This document shows positions 49,579-63,619 of a stretch of 64,000 nucleotides of DNA, in pieces; position 1 is the first letter of the stretch; every line of letters starts with the position of its first letter. Source of the DNA: Cenococcum geophilum (Eukaryota); the NCBI GenBank assembly GCA_050273025.1, contig CP158635.1, forward strand, positions 22,010,001 to 22,074,000. Reading direction: 5' to 3'. Made by a program: the position numbers and the translations under genes. The notes beneath the pieces were generated by a model. The model ran no database searches. It was not told the origin of the DNA and saw nothing but the letters and a program-made list of their open reading frames with translations.

Positions 49579-50198
49579 AAGTAATAAGACTATATAGGAT
49601 TGTATAATATTGCGTAATTAGTATATAACTTTACCTTAATTGCATGTTAAGGAATATATAGTTGGTTTTTAAAGTTATTGAATAGGTTAACTGCGTGTTA
49701 TTTAACTTTTAAATATATTAAGTTGGTTAATTGCGTATTAAGTTGGTCAATTGCGTGTTAAGTTAGTTAATTTGCATATTAATTACGCGAAACGCGCTAA
49801 ACAAAGTCTACTTAAATCTTATCCTACGAATATTTTCCCGATGTAAGCTTAATCCTTTTCCTTCACACCTTACTTTCCATCGCTAACCTTTGTCCAATTT
49901 TAGACGTATCTTTAATATATTACTAAAATTTTCTTCTTTTTTATTATTAATTTAATATACCTCTTTTTCTCCTACTAACTGCTCTTTTAAGTAAATTCCA
50001 TAGTATATCCTAGCCTTACCTTTATATATAGAACCCTAACCTTCGCTAACCCGGAACTAGTGCTGGTTTTACCTAAATAATTTTACCTATACGTCTTTAA
50101 AAGACTAGAAATCTAAAAATAGGATTCTAGAGGCTTATAATAAGACGTACTATATTAGATCTAATACCTTTAGTCTTTATAATTAATATATGCGTATT

Positions 50199-53100
50199 TT
50201 TTTATATCCGTTGTATTATACTACGTACAATACTACGCATGCAGCCTCTAGGCTATGGCGCTATAGTTCTATATACATGAATCCTTTTAGGCAGCTTAAT
50301 ATATACTAGTAGCTATGTCCTAATAGTTTATAAACCTCTAGAGTAGGGGTTTACTAGTCCTTAGTAAAATACTAGGTTATCAACAACTAATAGGTAGTTT
50401 AGAAAAAAATAGAAAAGACTATAAGAAATTAAGAAACCCTAACGCCTATCTATATCCTGTTTGTAGTTTATTCTATCCTTTTGCTCTCAATATTTATCTA
50501 CTAGAATCCTAGTAGGAGTTACCTCCTTCTAAGGATCCTGCTGCTATTAGCTACTTTCTAGTAGCTATTTCTGTCCTATTTAGAAATAAAAAGAGCGCCT
50601 CTCTTTCTTTCATTATGCAAAATAGTTTCTTTAGAGAGAGAGAAGATCCTAGTTGCCTTTGCATCTCCTTTCTCTCTCCTCTATATAGGTCGTAGTCTAG
50701 TAGTAAATATTTAGGAGTTTGTATAGCTCTACATTCTCTAAAGCATCTGCCTTCTTTATCTTTTCCTATTGTCTTTAAGAAGGACTTAAAGTAGCCTTTT
50801 CCTAGCTTTAGCTGAAAGAAAGCCGACTATAGTTTTTTAGGATATCTATCCTTAGGGGCTTTAAGAGAAAAGGAATAATTTCCTTTACAGATCTTAGTAT
50901 AGTGTTTTCCTTTATTTTTGTTCATTTGCCAATTATTTTTCCACTGTTCTAGTATCTTTTCTCTTGCTACTCTCCCTATATAGGCTAAGGAGGTATAAGA
51001 AGACTGTATTTTTCTTCTAGAAAGGCCCTTTTTAGCTAGTTTATCTACTATTTCATTTCCATAGATTTCTAGGTAGCTAGGAACCCAATAAAAGTTAATA
51101 GAGACACCCCTACTAGCTAGGTAGGAGCAACTTTACGTAATTTTAAAGACTAGTTCTTGTCCACCTATAAGAGAATTTAGTTATAATCTTTTAATAGCCG
51201 CCTGGCTATCTATAAAGATATAAACCTGCTTCTCTTTTAGTCTTTACTACTTTAGGTATTCCAGGGCCCTATAGACTGTATAGAGTTCTGCGTCTATAAT
51301 TTCCATATAGGGTCCTAGATTCCAGTTTATTACATATTTAATCCTATTTCTCTCTTCTATTTTATATACAGCTGCTGCACTTAATTTACTATCTTTTAAG
51401 CCATCTATATAGTATATATCTACTAGGTCCCACTCTAGGGATTCTTATAAATCTTCTACTAGTCTTAGATATTCTTGTGCAGCTTCTTCCTTACTACTTT
51501 TAGAGATAGAAAAGGATGCAGAAATAGGGGGAAGCCACGGTTTTTGCCACTCTAGAGATGTTTTCTCTATTTTCCAATTTTGAATTAATTGCTGGACTAT
51601 AGAAGTTAGAGATAGTAGCTATATCTTTGGCTGTAGAAGGTACTTTATAGTAGAGTTTTTAGAGCTAGAACTAGAGCTAGAATTAGCTACTAATTCGTCT
51701 CCATCTTTATTAACCTCTCCTATATAAGCCTTCTTAATTGCGTGGTTTTTCTTAAATTTTAGGATTTTTAGTATATAGCTATTGCAAAGCTTTTTAAATC
51801 TAATTCTAGGAGGGGGAATAGAAGTCTTAATTTCCATAGCTTGGATGAGGGATCCTCTAAATGCTCCTAGAACTAGTTTTAGGGCCTTATTTTATAGAGA
51901 TTGGTACCTAGCTAGTAGGTAGTCTCTAGATTTGCTTTTCCACTAGTATTGTATTCCGTAGTCTGCTATAGTAGTAACGCAGGCTATATAGAGCTGTCGT
52001 AGGGCTTATAAACATAGGCCTCTTTGCGTATTGCCTAGTCTTCTAATTAAATAGAAGGCTGCTTTTGCTTTAGAGATCCTTATTTCTACGTGTTATTTAA
52101 AGGTAAGCTTTAAGTCTAGAAATACCCCTAGCCACCTAACTAGGGTTTTAGGGGGTATTTCTACGTCTCCTAGCTTTAGCCCTTCTTCTATAGTGGTACG
52201 TTTACTATGGAAGTGTATAAGCTCTATTTTGCTGATATCAAAACTAATAGTAGCCTCTTTAGCTTTAGATATTAGCTGTAACGCTATTCCCTCTAGCTTT
52301 TTACAGTTAGATTTAGCTAAATTTGAGGTAACTGTAATTGCGAAGTCGTCTATATAGCTAAGGGAATAGGCTCCATCTGTCTTTAGGCTGCAGATATTGC
52401 ATATATATAGTAGAAACAGAATAGGAGATATAGGCGAACCCTGTGGTATCCCTGTTTCTATTCCTACTTTTTCTTATATTTGCCCGTTAAAGGAAAGCTA
52501 TAGCTTTCTATTGCTAAGGAAGGTAGCTACCCATTATATAAACGCTATAGGTAGTCTTAGTTCCTTACAGATAGATAGAAGCTAATTTGCAGAAACATAA
52601 TTAAAAGCCCCTTTTATATCTAGGAATAATGTAGTAGCTATCCTTTGTCTAGCCTTTTTCCTATTCTTTTTTAATTGGATATTATTTAGAAGTAATAAGA
52701 CTGCGTTAATTGCGGATCGCTGTCTTCTTCCTCCTAGTTAAGAGTCTTGAAGTAAGCTAGTAGTACTAGCTAGATATCCTAATCTTGTAGTAAAGATCTT
52801 CTCTAGAGTCTTTCCTAGGCAGTTTAATAGAGAGATAGGTCTATAGGACTTTAGTAAAAAATAGTCCTCCTTATTTACTTTAGGTAGAATAACTCCCTTA
52901 GCTTCTCTCTAGGCTTTTAGTTAATAGCCTAGGGTAAATAGGATCCTATAGATTCTATATAGAAGATCTTCTATAATAGGGTAGGCCTTTTATAGAATTG
53001 TAAAGGATAGCTTATCTGGGCCTAGAGCTTTTTTATTAGAGCTAGAGAAGATTACTTATTTGACTTCTATTTTCTCTAGTTCTAGCCATTCCTATTTACT

Positions 53101-56100
53101 ATCTATAGTATAGTCCTTCCACTCCATAGGGCTAGTAGAAGGGGGTTTAGGAAATAGAGTAGTTATAAAAGCTTTACATTAGTCGTTAAAGCTTTCTATT
53201 AATCTAGTTCTTCCATCCTTGCTATACTATAGACTAGGGACTATTCGTAATGTTTTCTCCTTTATATATTTTAGGGCAGTAAAGATCTCTTTGCCTTATG
53301 CTTTTTCTAGGAAGCTATTCTAGCAGCTAGTTTTAGCTTCCTTATAGGCTTCTAGTAGGTTGCTCTTCTTGGAGTCTTCCTAATTTTGCCATTTTTTTCT
53401 TTTCTATAGAAGCTCTTTATTCCACTACGGTTTAGAGAATTCGCAGGTTCTAGATTTAGGGATAGCTTTCTCTGCTACTAGCTTTATATAACTAGTAAGA
53501 TCTCCTACTAGGTTATTTACTAGTGTACTTAAGCTTCTATCCCTAGGTCTATAGGAATCCTCTAAGAAGGCTAGGGGGCCTTTTTCTCCTATCTCTATAT
53601 ATGGGTTTTCTCCTACTAGTTCTTCTAGTACTAAAACCTTTGCTTCTAGTTCTAGTTCCTAAGCTAGTTCTATTAAAGAAGTAGAAAAGAGCTCCTAGTT
53701 TGCCTTTTTTTATAGAGAACGGAGTTTCTTAAAGGGGGTTTAGGTATCTTTACGTCTCTCTAGTAAATAGGGAGAAGGCTATAGTTTTATGGTCAGATCC
53801 TATTTCTTCTATTATAGTCCAATTGTCCCAAGTATTTTCTTAAAAGTTTCCTAAGTAAAAGGCTAGGTCTATAATAGACTTTTCCCTTATATTAGATCTA
53901 TAGAAGGTCCCTTCTTGTTTATCTAAATTTAGTAGTTGGCAGTTATATTTACTTAGCCAGTCTACTAGTTCTTTAGCCTCCCTAGTTAAATTTCTGGCTA
54001 GTGCGTTCCACCATATATAGTGTAGGTTATAGTCTCCTATTAGTACAAAGGGGAGATCTAGTTCCAGTTCTAGAATGGTCCTAGAGATAGTAGTTCTACT
54101 ATTTCTTTGGGTTTTAGAGTTCTCGTCTAGCTGTCTCTCGTTATAGATATTAAACAATAAAAACCTTTTAAACTGGCCGTGGATTTCTAATGCTATAATA
54201 TCTGTATCTTTACAGATATCCTCCCTATTTCTATATTATAGGAAGCCAGTTTTCCTTATATAGATAGCTACTCTTAGGCGAATAGTTAAGTTACTAAGGA
54301 GGATAAGGTTGAAAGCAGAATGTGGAATAGAGAAGTAGGATCCTTTTTATCTATCTTTCCATATACTAGGTTCTTATACTAGGATAAGATCTATTTTTTT
54401 CCTAAATCCTATTTCTAGTAGGGTTTGCTATACTTCTTATCTTTTTCCTACATTGTATTATATAAAGGAGATTTCTCCTCTAGCTTTAGAAACTAGGGAG
54501 ATTTCTTCTTCTTCCTGTAAATAACCTTCTAAACTTGTACTTATTAATATACTAGTTTAGCTGCTTTAAGAGACTCGCAGTCTTTGCTATTAGCAAAGTG
54601 TTTTTCTTTACAGTTAATGTAAAAAGGGGTAGTATGCTCGCAAGGTCTTCCTATTATATTGCATGTAGAACAGGAGTAGTCTTTAGATAAATATACTGCT
54701 GCACAAAACCGACAGGCCCTAGTAGAGCATCTATCTCCTATATGGCCAAATTTTTGGCAGCTTATACACTATATATTAGGAGATACTTCTAGGTATTTAA
54801 CTACCTTAGTAGCTACCCCTATAATTAGGATTTCCTTCTGCTTTAAGATTTCCTATCTTTTCTCCTCGTTTTCTATAGTAAAGACTATAGAGCCAAACCT
54901 AGTTTGCGGATTATATCTCTTTTCCCTAGATAAAATCCACCTAGGTAGCCCCTGTATCCTAATAGGATTAAAGGTCTCTATTTCTTCTTTTAGAAGTTTA
55001 GAGCCTCCTTCTCCTAGAAAGGGGGAGATAAGAACGCTATAAGCTACTACCTAAGCCTAGGGTTTTAGTTTTTGTTCCCTTTTAAAGGAGAAGCAGCTGG
55101 ACCAGATGTCTTTATATTTAACTAGAAAGTCTGTATTATATTCTTCTATAGTTATAAGAAGAATGTTCTGCTTTTCTTTAGTTCTAGCTATAGAAGCTAT
55201 AACTAGCTTCTCTATTTGCAATTTGGATGTAAATAGTTAATTAACTCTATTTCGGATAGAGAAGGTATCTAAAGGCTGGTCCTTTTAGTCCGTAATAAGG
55301 ACTAGTTTCCTTTCTTATAGCTGCTTCTTTTTTCCTCTAGTAGAGGTAGGTCAAGTAGGGCTAGTAGGGCCAGTGGTATAACTAGTTACTTTACTAGTAG
55401 GTAGAGATAAGGTGGAAGAAGAAGAGGGAGAAGAAGAAGGGGAGGAAGAGAAGGAGGAAGAAGAAAAGGAGAAAGTAGAAGAAGAAAGGCCCTTCCTTAG
55501 CTTTTCTGCATATGTTTTTGGGGCTATTTCTTTACAAAGAGCTTATACTTCTTCTACTGGTCCTTTTAGGACATCTTTCTCTTATTTTTCTTTCCCTTCT
55601 ATAAAGGGATTTCCTCCTACTAGAATACTTCGTATATAGTCTTCTAGCTATTTAACTTAATTTTTTTTACTTTCTTCTTCTAGCCCATTATAGGCCTAGG
55701 TTAGGCTTTCTAAGGCCTTTTATAGGTGCTGTTCTAGTGAAAATGGAAAGAAAGATGCACTAGCCGTAATAGGCTTAAGCTTTACTATCTTTCTTATCTG
55801 TTTTTGGCTGTCTTTTTTAGGAGAAGACTAAGGGCGGCTTCTTTTCTTTCCGTTCCTTATTATATAGTTTAGAGATAGTTCGTCTACCTCTTCTATTTCT
55901 ACGTCTTTCCTAAATGGGCAGGGGGAAGACGGAAGGGAAGAGGTAGTTAACTGTTTGTTATCACTTATCTCTATAGAAGGCTTTTCTTTAGGAGGCCTTT
56001 TTAGCTCCTTAGAAGCCTTTAGCATTTTGGATTTAGTAGCTTAAAGCTTATAGGGGGGGTTCCTATTTTTTTCAGTAGATAATAACCTCCTTAGGTCTCT

Positions 56101-56702
56101 TATCTCCTCGCACAGAGGTGAAAAACTAGGTAAAAAGCCTTCCTAGTTTTTACTATCCTTCTATATCCTTTTTCCTTACTAACTCTACTAGAGAGTTTCT
56201 GGGGAAATTAGACTAAAAGGTAGTAGAAAAACTGGGTAAAAAAGACTATAGTAGTTATTTTCTTCTCTATTAGAAGTAGAAAAAACTACTAGAAAAAAGG
56301 ACTTGTTAGGCTTTTTCTAGCAGAAAAGCCCAAAAAGGCAATCCTTCTCTTACTAAGGAAAATCTGACTAAAGGAGATATAGAAAAATACCTACACCTCC
56401 TATTTTATTAGGCTTTTACTTTTTATAGAAGAAAAACCTAGGAAAAGTCTATGTTTTAATGTTTTAGTGTTCCTACCCCTACCTCGCTTATAAGCTAGGA
56501 CCACCCCTTAAGAGAATTTTCTCTTAGGTAAAAGGGGGTAAAAAGACAAATAAATCCACCTCTAGCTTGCTAGGCAGTAGGAATTAGGTCTTGAGAGTCT
56601 GAAAATCGATTGTTTTTAATAGGAAGATGGGTATGCGTAAGTTTTGAAGTGCGGCGCCACCTTTTAGTAAGGTTGCATATGCGGTGAAGGTTTTTTATCT
56701 AT
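50199..56702 (-). mobile_element. Apparently full-length Tad1-like LINE (LINE2) with RNase H, RIP-degraded
   Basis: 13-bp TSD ATATATGCGTATT at 50186-50198 and 56703-56715, with a short poly(A). ORF1 (~56030-54520) has tandem Cys/His knuckles (~54575-54770). ORF2 has APE (GDYNLH, SIIDLAF), RT (GIPQGSPISPILFL, SYIDD), RNase H (Y.DGS, DAEL, DSQAAI, WVPSH..I.GNE) and a C-terminal Cys/His motif. Confidence 0.94.
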
Positions 56703-59700
56703 ATATATGCGTATTAAAATATATTACGGTAAGCTTTTCTATCCTTAATAGATTTATATTATTAACTTTAAGCTTTAATAGCTTAGGCCTAAGTAGCAAC
56801 GTTCCTTTAATATTCTCAACTACTATATCGGCCAGGCTCTCTCCTATTTAAGCGTTAATACTAAATATCTAGGTCGAATTTAAGATTATACTACAGCTAT
56901 TTATACCGCTTATAACTCTTAGTAAGCTAGCTAGTAGCGCTTAATACAAGAGCAAGGTTAGTATATTAAGGATAGGGTAAGGGATAGGGGTAATAAGAGG
57001 AAGGTTGCCGTCTATTATAGAAAGGAGTTCGCGCATATACGTTAAGTTTTAAAAGAGCATAATATAATACGTTATTAGGTAGGTTACTCTTTAGGTACCT
57101 AGTAGATAGGTAACTAATAGTTACCGTAGTAAGGTCTTAGTGGTTCTGGATTATACTAGCCAGCTAATTTTTTTTATTCTAGGCTTAAGCGTATCTTTAT
57201 TAACTATAAGCTTACGCCGTAAGAGCTTTATTAGTATTAGTTTGGACCTAATATTGGTATTAAGCGTTTAAGAGTCTCTGCTCTAGCTATACCTTATTAT
57301 CCTACCCCTATTTTTATACCTACTTATACCCCTACTAAGGGGTCTAGATTTTATTCTTATTAGCCATCCCTTAAAGGGCCAATAGATACTAACCCTACTC
57401 CTAAGGATAAGGTATAGTGGCTTTTTAGATTAGGTATTTAGATTTTATTCTTATATATAGTAGCAATTAAGGACCTTAATTAGGTGCTTAAAAAGGCATT
57501 AAAAGGCTTTTAGAAAGGGCTTAGGAGCCCTAAAAACTATATTTCTAATATAGATAAATAAATAGGAATATTATTCTAGCAAAATGCCCTATTAACTCTA
57601 TGCCATATATATAAAAAGGCTAAGGACTTATTCTGCCTTAGGCCATAGTCCTAATCCTTATAGTTTTTGGAGCCTATTTGTTTTATATCTAATTTAACCC
57701 ATATACTCTTTTCGCGAGCTTTCTTTATAAGTCGCGATAATACTATAGTATTAGAGCGGTTTCTATAATTTGTGGATTATAAACCTTAGTCCTAATATTC
57801 TTTTAGAATATCTTTATAATAATTAAGGTAATCCTCTAGTTCCTATATAGAGTCCTTAGTAGGCTAGCCTAGCTATTTAACTTTATATTAAAGCTTGTTC
57901 TTAATAGACTTATAGTATAGTATAGCTTTAACCTTATACCGCTTGCCTACTACCTTAAGATATTTAATTAGGCCTAGATAGAAGTTCTTTTCCGGCGGCA
58001 GTCTATGCTATAGCATTAGTAGGTTTATATAAAACACTAAATATATACGGGCTATAGATAGGGGTAGCTAGAGATAGTAGGCTAGCTTACTAATTTATTC
58101 CTCAACTTAAAAGGGACCTAGGTATTTTATATTAAGCTTCTTTAATAATTAATAGGTCTTAATATTTATTAAATATAATAGACCCTTATCGTCTACTCTA
58201 AAATAATTATTCTAGTATTTACGGTTATACTAGAGTCTCTGCTGCTCTTAGGTATCCTATAGGCTCTACTTTATATACTTTTATTACTCCTCCCATTTAT
58301 AGAGGTATCCTTATACTCTTTAGTAGATATTCTTAAACTCCCTAATAGGATCCTATAACTAATTATACGGCCTTAGCTAGTAATTATTGGGTATACTATT
58401 AAACCTAAATAGTTAGACGCTATAGGTAATCTAGATTAGTACATACTTATGTAATGCGTGTTACTTTAAATTATAAGCGTACTCTATATACAGAAGTAGC
58501 TTATACTAATTATCTTGCTAATAGTTTAAATATATTTATAGGTAAGACTCGAGTTCCTAGTTCTAGCGTTATATTTACCTATCTATTTATAGATAGAAAG
58601 CTATATTATAATAGTAGTCTATCTTTAAATAAAAGTATAGATCTGACTAGTACTGGCTTATAAAGACGCTGCCCCTATTAGTAATAATAGAGTGCGGCTA
58701 GTCTACTTTAAGAAAGTATTTCTCCTTAATTAGGTTTGTAAACGCTTATATATTAATTGTCTTATTAATAGGAAGGTATTAAACGTACTTTAAAACCCTA
58801 TTAATAAGTATAAGGACTAAATTGTATATTTATTCTTAGCTATCTTTAGATAGCGGGAGATCTGTAATAAAGTCTATGGCGTAATATTACTATAACTTAT
58901 TACCAGGGGGAACTAATTTAAGTAAACCCTATCGCTTATACCTATAGATCTTATATACTTAACACTTCTCGTAATAGCTAATATACTCCTTTACTTTCTG
59001 CTTAAGCTTTAGCTAATAGTATTTGCGCTAAAGTAATTCTACTATTATAGCTTAACTATAGTGGCCGTCTAGAGGATTATTGTAATTCTTTATAAGAATC
59101 TTCTGTTATAGATTTACTTCTTATAGCACGTAAACCTTGCTACCCCTATATAGTAGGCCTATTAGGTCTAGTTCCTAATAGTAGCGCCTAATAGCTTCCT
59201 TTTTATTACATTTCCGGCCTACTTCTATATTAAAGATAGTATAGAAAGCGTCCCTTTATTATACCTTATAAATAAAATCTATTAACCTTTTAAATAGTTT
59301 CTAGGTAAAAGCTATTTCGTTCTATACTGCTTTAAGTATAAGACTAAATAGTACTATAGATTTTACAACTTTTTAATATATATATATTAGAAAGGCCGCT
59401 ATAAGGTTAAAGTCCTTTAGTTATTATAGGGCTCCAAGTTCTAATTGCTCTATAGCTTCGCTATTAGTTTAAGGGGATAGCTTAGTAATTAGAGGTGGTA
59501 TATTACTAGGTTCTAAGAATATATTAGGGATGTCCTATCTAGGTATATTTAGACCCTTATTAGTAACGGACCGGGCACTAGCCGGAATATTAATAGAAAC
59601 TAATAGGGCTTATACCGCCTAAGACTTAGTATATAGAGGTATAGGTACTTAAGTATTTTATACTTAGCGCTTATTCTACAATATAGGGAGTAAAATATCT

Positions 59701-62244
59701 ATTATCTATTGTCCTTCTCCTGTTTTAAAGCGTTTAGTATAGTATAGCCGTTATAACGGTCTATTAGTAAGGTTACTTTCCCCTAGCTTATATTTAATTT
59801 TAAAATTAAATTACGTAAGCTCCTTTACCTATTTAGCTTATTAAGGTATAAGCTCCTTTATAGTTATAAAGTAGCATAGATTATAATAATCTAAGAGTAT
59901 ATAGGTAGTATAGCTCGCGTACTTAAGGTAGTATTACTACTATTTAAAGTAGTTAATTATAGCTAGTAGTTCCTTATTATAGATATAATACCTAACTTTA
60001 GGCCTCTAAAATTTTCTACTATAAAATATTATTAGTCTTTAGTAGAGCTAGGTAGCGTCTAAATACTTATTAGGTTATAGTAAGATACTAATAAGAGCAA
60101 AATTTAATATATTAGTAACTATTATTAGTAGCTAATCTAGGTTAAAATGTCGTAGTAATAAAGCTTTTATAAACTTTATATATAATTTCTAAAAGGCCTT
60201 TTAAACCTTTTTGGGCTATAACTATAGCTTATACTATTTAGTTGGTCCCTTTTTTATTTTCATCCTTACTACCTTTAAGCTTTTTACTTCTTAGGTTAGG
60301 TCTTAAAAAGCTTCTATAATATAGTTAAATAGGTATTAGGTAATATTTAAGTAGTTATAAATAAAGCGCCTATAGAAATTAGCAAAGCCTAGAAATACTT
60401 AAATATCCTAGTAGCTTTCTAGCTCTGGCCACTCTTAGATTATCTACACCTATACTAGGTCTATAACTACGCCTATAGGTATTATAATAGAATCTAAGAA
60501 CTTAACCTACTTAGTATTAAAAATATACTTTAACGCCTTAGCATAGAGGCCCTAATTATCTAAATATTCTAGCACTTTACGGATATATTACTTATACTAA
60601 TCCTTATCTTCTAAGTAGATTAGAATGTTATTTAAATAGATACTATATACATGGTTAACTAGTCCTACTAAGGCTCTATAAATATATAATTAGAATATTA
60701 TAGGCGTATTGGCTAGCCTAAAAGGCATTACTAGATATTTAAAGTAGCCGTATTAGGTCTTAAAAGCAGTTTTTTACTTATTCTATTCTTTAATATAGAG
60801 CCTATAATAGGCGTCTTATAGATTTAGCTTTATAAAGATTTTTGCCCTAAATAGTCTATCTAGTATCTTACTAACTAGTAGTAGTAGGTAACGGTTAATT
60901 ATAATCTTATTAAGACCGCGATAGTCTATATATAGCCTTATAGTTCTATCTAGTTTTAAAATAAAGAGGATCGGCGCGCCTGCCAGCGACTTACTAGGCT
61001 AGATTTATCCCTTTTCTAGTAAACTATTAAGGCACTTTTATAGGATCTTAAGCTCTTTATAAGAGAAGTTATAGATAAAAAGGTTTGGCGGTTATTTGCC
61101 TTCTTCTAGATTAATTAGATAATTATACTCTAAGTTCTATAGAAGGACTTTAGCTTATCTGCCCAAAAATACCCTTAATAAGCCCCCTAGGCCTAATAGA
61201 ATATTTAATAAATTAGGGTCACGTTTATCCTCTATCTTATTATTAGGTAGGTTCTAGAGCTCCCTTAAAATACTTATGGGCAGTGTTGCGTACTATAGTG
61301 GTTGCTTATATATAGTTGCTACCGTATATTAAACCGTTGCATATAGTAGCTAGTAAAGGGTAGGGAATTCTTTAATGCAATATTTAAGGTATTAAAGTAT
61401 TTTTTTACGTATTACTTAAGCTAGAGTAACCTATAGCGGTTAAAGTATCTTATAAGATCTTTAAGATTACTACTTCCCTATAATATCTTTATAACCTATT
61501 TAGTAATTCCCTATAGGGTCTTCGTTATAAAGAGGTTACTACCTATACTAGGCTCTATACCTATCTTATTATTAAATAGGGGTTAGATTTAATACTCCTT
61601 TAGGTATAAAGTGTATACTATTTCGCCTAGAGCTATATCCTCTAGAATATCTTTTAAGCTTATTAGTAATATACGCCCTTTTAATTCTTTATCGTTTTAC
61701 TATTTAAAGGCTCCTATTTTAAAGCGTATTTTAAGATCTACTTTTATAAGCTAAGGGTATCTAAGGATAAAGTTATAACCTATAAAGTTGGCCGCCTAGA
61801 AAGGTTATAGGCCAACTACCTTAATGCGGTTGTATATATCGGCCACTAACACTATAAGCTTATAGGCACTATATAGTTTAATCTAATACTTATTTAGGAA
61901 GCCTATAATAGGTTTCCGCTACCTTTATAATAGGATAAGTTTATACTCTTTTACTAAATTATATTATATAAAATTGATTTCGGCGCCACTATTATATAGT
62001 ACTTAGAACTGTTATACCTTACCTATAAGGAGTACCGTTTCTAGCTTAATAGTAATATAAAGAGTCTTTTCTTCTATATCTTGCCCTAGTTATAGCTAGG
62101 AGACATCTATAACTAGGGCTTTTCTTTTTTTAGATTGTTAGTATAATTATTACCTAACTTATTCTTCTAATAAGATTTACCTTTAGGGAAATTTCCTTTT
62201 ATCTTCTTAGAGTGTTCCTATAAGAGTATTAAACGGGTATTAGG

Positions 62245-62450
62245 TTAGCCCTAAAAGTCTTTCCTATTACTTAGGGCTTCTAACTTTAACCCTTTTAAAG
62301 TTTTTCTTAAGAACGGCTTCTTTAAAGCTTGGGTATAAGGTAAAGCGACAAACGTATATATATCGGTTACCGAGCCCGTCAAACCATTCGGTTCGACACT
62401 ATACCTTTTTAGCCAGTTGAGTTCATTTAGCTTAGTGGGCAATCGTCACA
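62245..62450. mobile_element. Possible solo LTR or short insertion in B2 gag
   Basis: GC-richer segment ending ...CGTCACA and flanked by TTAGG(T) on both sides. The left end lacks a clear TG. Confidence 0.35.
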
Positions 62451-63619
62451 TTAGGTCTACCCTATGTTACTACTAAAATGCCTACGCTTTTAGTTACCTC
62501 CTAATTTCCTACCGAAAGAGGTTTAGTTCCTTACTATATTCTTAGCGTTTAGAACCGCGTGTTTAAAATCTATATATACAATAATCCGCAGTAGGGCTTC
62601 TATATACCTTATTTCGTTATAAATTGCTAGCTTAATTCTAGCCTAGATAAATCTAATCTTCTCCTTTTTACGGATACTGCTATTCTTATTTTTAAAGGGC
62701 TTTAGATTTATCTAAGTTTCTATAAAGTTTATAAACTGGCGGAAGTCTTAATAGTCCAGCTGCGTACCATTCTAGAATTATTCTGTATTGTTATATAATA
62801 TATAAATCTTAGGTCCAACCCCTTAGGAAGGTCTATAGCTATAGTTATATAGTAATTTACTCTTTATTAAGTTAATTAAGCGCAATCTAGTTTAGCGATC
62901 GGTCTTTAATTTTACTAATAATCTAGTGTATACGCTCTTTAATATTATCTTATATTATTAGCATCTTAAAAAAGTTGTCTACCTTACAAACCTAATCGTC
63001 TAGCTATTAGGCGTTAGGTCTATAACGGAGTTTTAAAATATTAAAGGCCTTAGATAGTTAGTCTATATCCTTTTTCTATTTATTACATAAATGCCTCTCT
63101 AAGTCTTCTATACCTCCTTAGGTATATACTAAGTAGCCCCTAAAAAGTCCTTAAAAAGTCCTTAGCCTTAGCTAGGTTAAAAAAAAATTTATCTAGCCTA
63201 GATTAAACCCTACTAGATATAGATTTACCCTTAAAGGGTTCTAATATATTTATTAGTAGCTTCCTCCCGTATAGCTTTTAAGAGCCTTATAATAGCTTCC
63301 CAATATCTATCTTAAAGGAGATTGGTATAGGGCTCTTAACTTTCTAAACTTAGGCCTAGGGAAACTCCTACTATAGAGGTAGTATTAGTACTAGTAGCTA
63401 GTGCGGGTTTCCTAGTAAGCCTTAGGTCTTAAGTTAGTGTTTAAGTTAAATTTCCTAAAGGGGTAGGCCCGCTTAGCTCGTAAGCAGTCTATATACTACT
63501 ACTATACTAATTATAGGCTAGTGGTCTTCTAAGAGGGTTCTAGTTAGGTCCCTAGTTACATTAGCAAAATGTTTCTACCTCCTAATAGTACTAATAGCTC
63601 CTAATAGCAGAGGTAATAT

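Larger units (their letters stand above)
48406..49843. mobile_element. Non-autonomous TIR DNA element 2 (TA TSD, CATCGG...CCGATG), relative of element 1 in opposite orientation
   Basis: TA at 48404-48405 and 49844-49845. TIRs CATCGGCAAAATAT and ATATTTTCCCGATG. The empty site is visible in B copy 1 (~11465). Internal arrays are reverse complements of those in element 1. Confidence 0.88.
48112..63619 (-). mobile_element. Ty3/Gypsy chromovirus family B, copy 2; interrupted by TIR element 2, LINE2 and a small insert
   Basis: Colinear with 11170-16004 and 28741-29033. Chromodomain ~57800-57950, integrase, RNase H, RT (YLDD ~60630), protease CDSGAEINF ~61975-62000, and a gag-like region to ~63600. 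Confidence 0.88.

Noticed and set aside
55412..55639. Glu-rich 75-aa ORF
   Set aside because: It is the antisense reading of a Ser/Pro-rich low-complexity tract in LINE2 ORF1.
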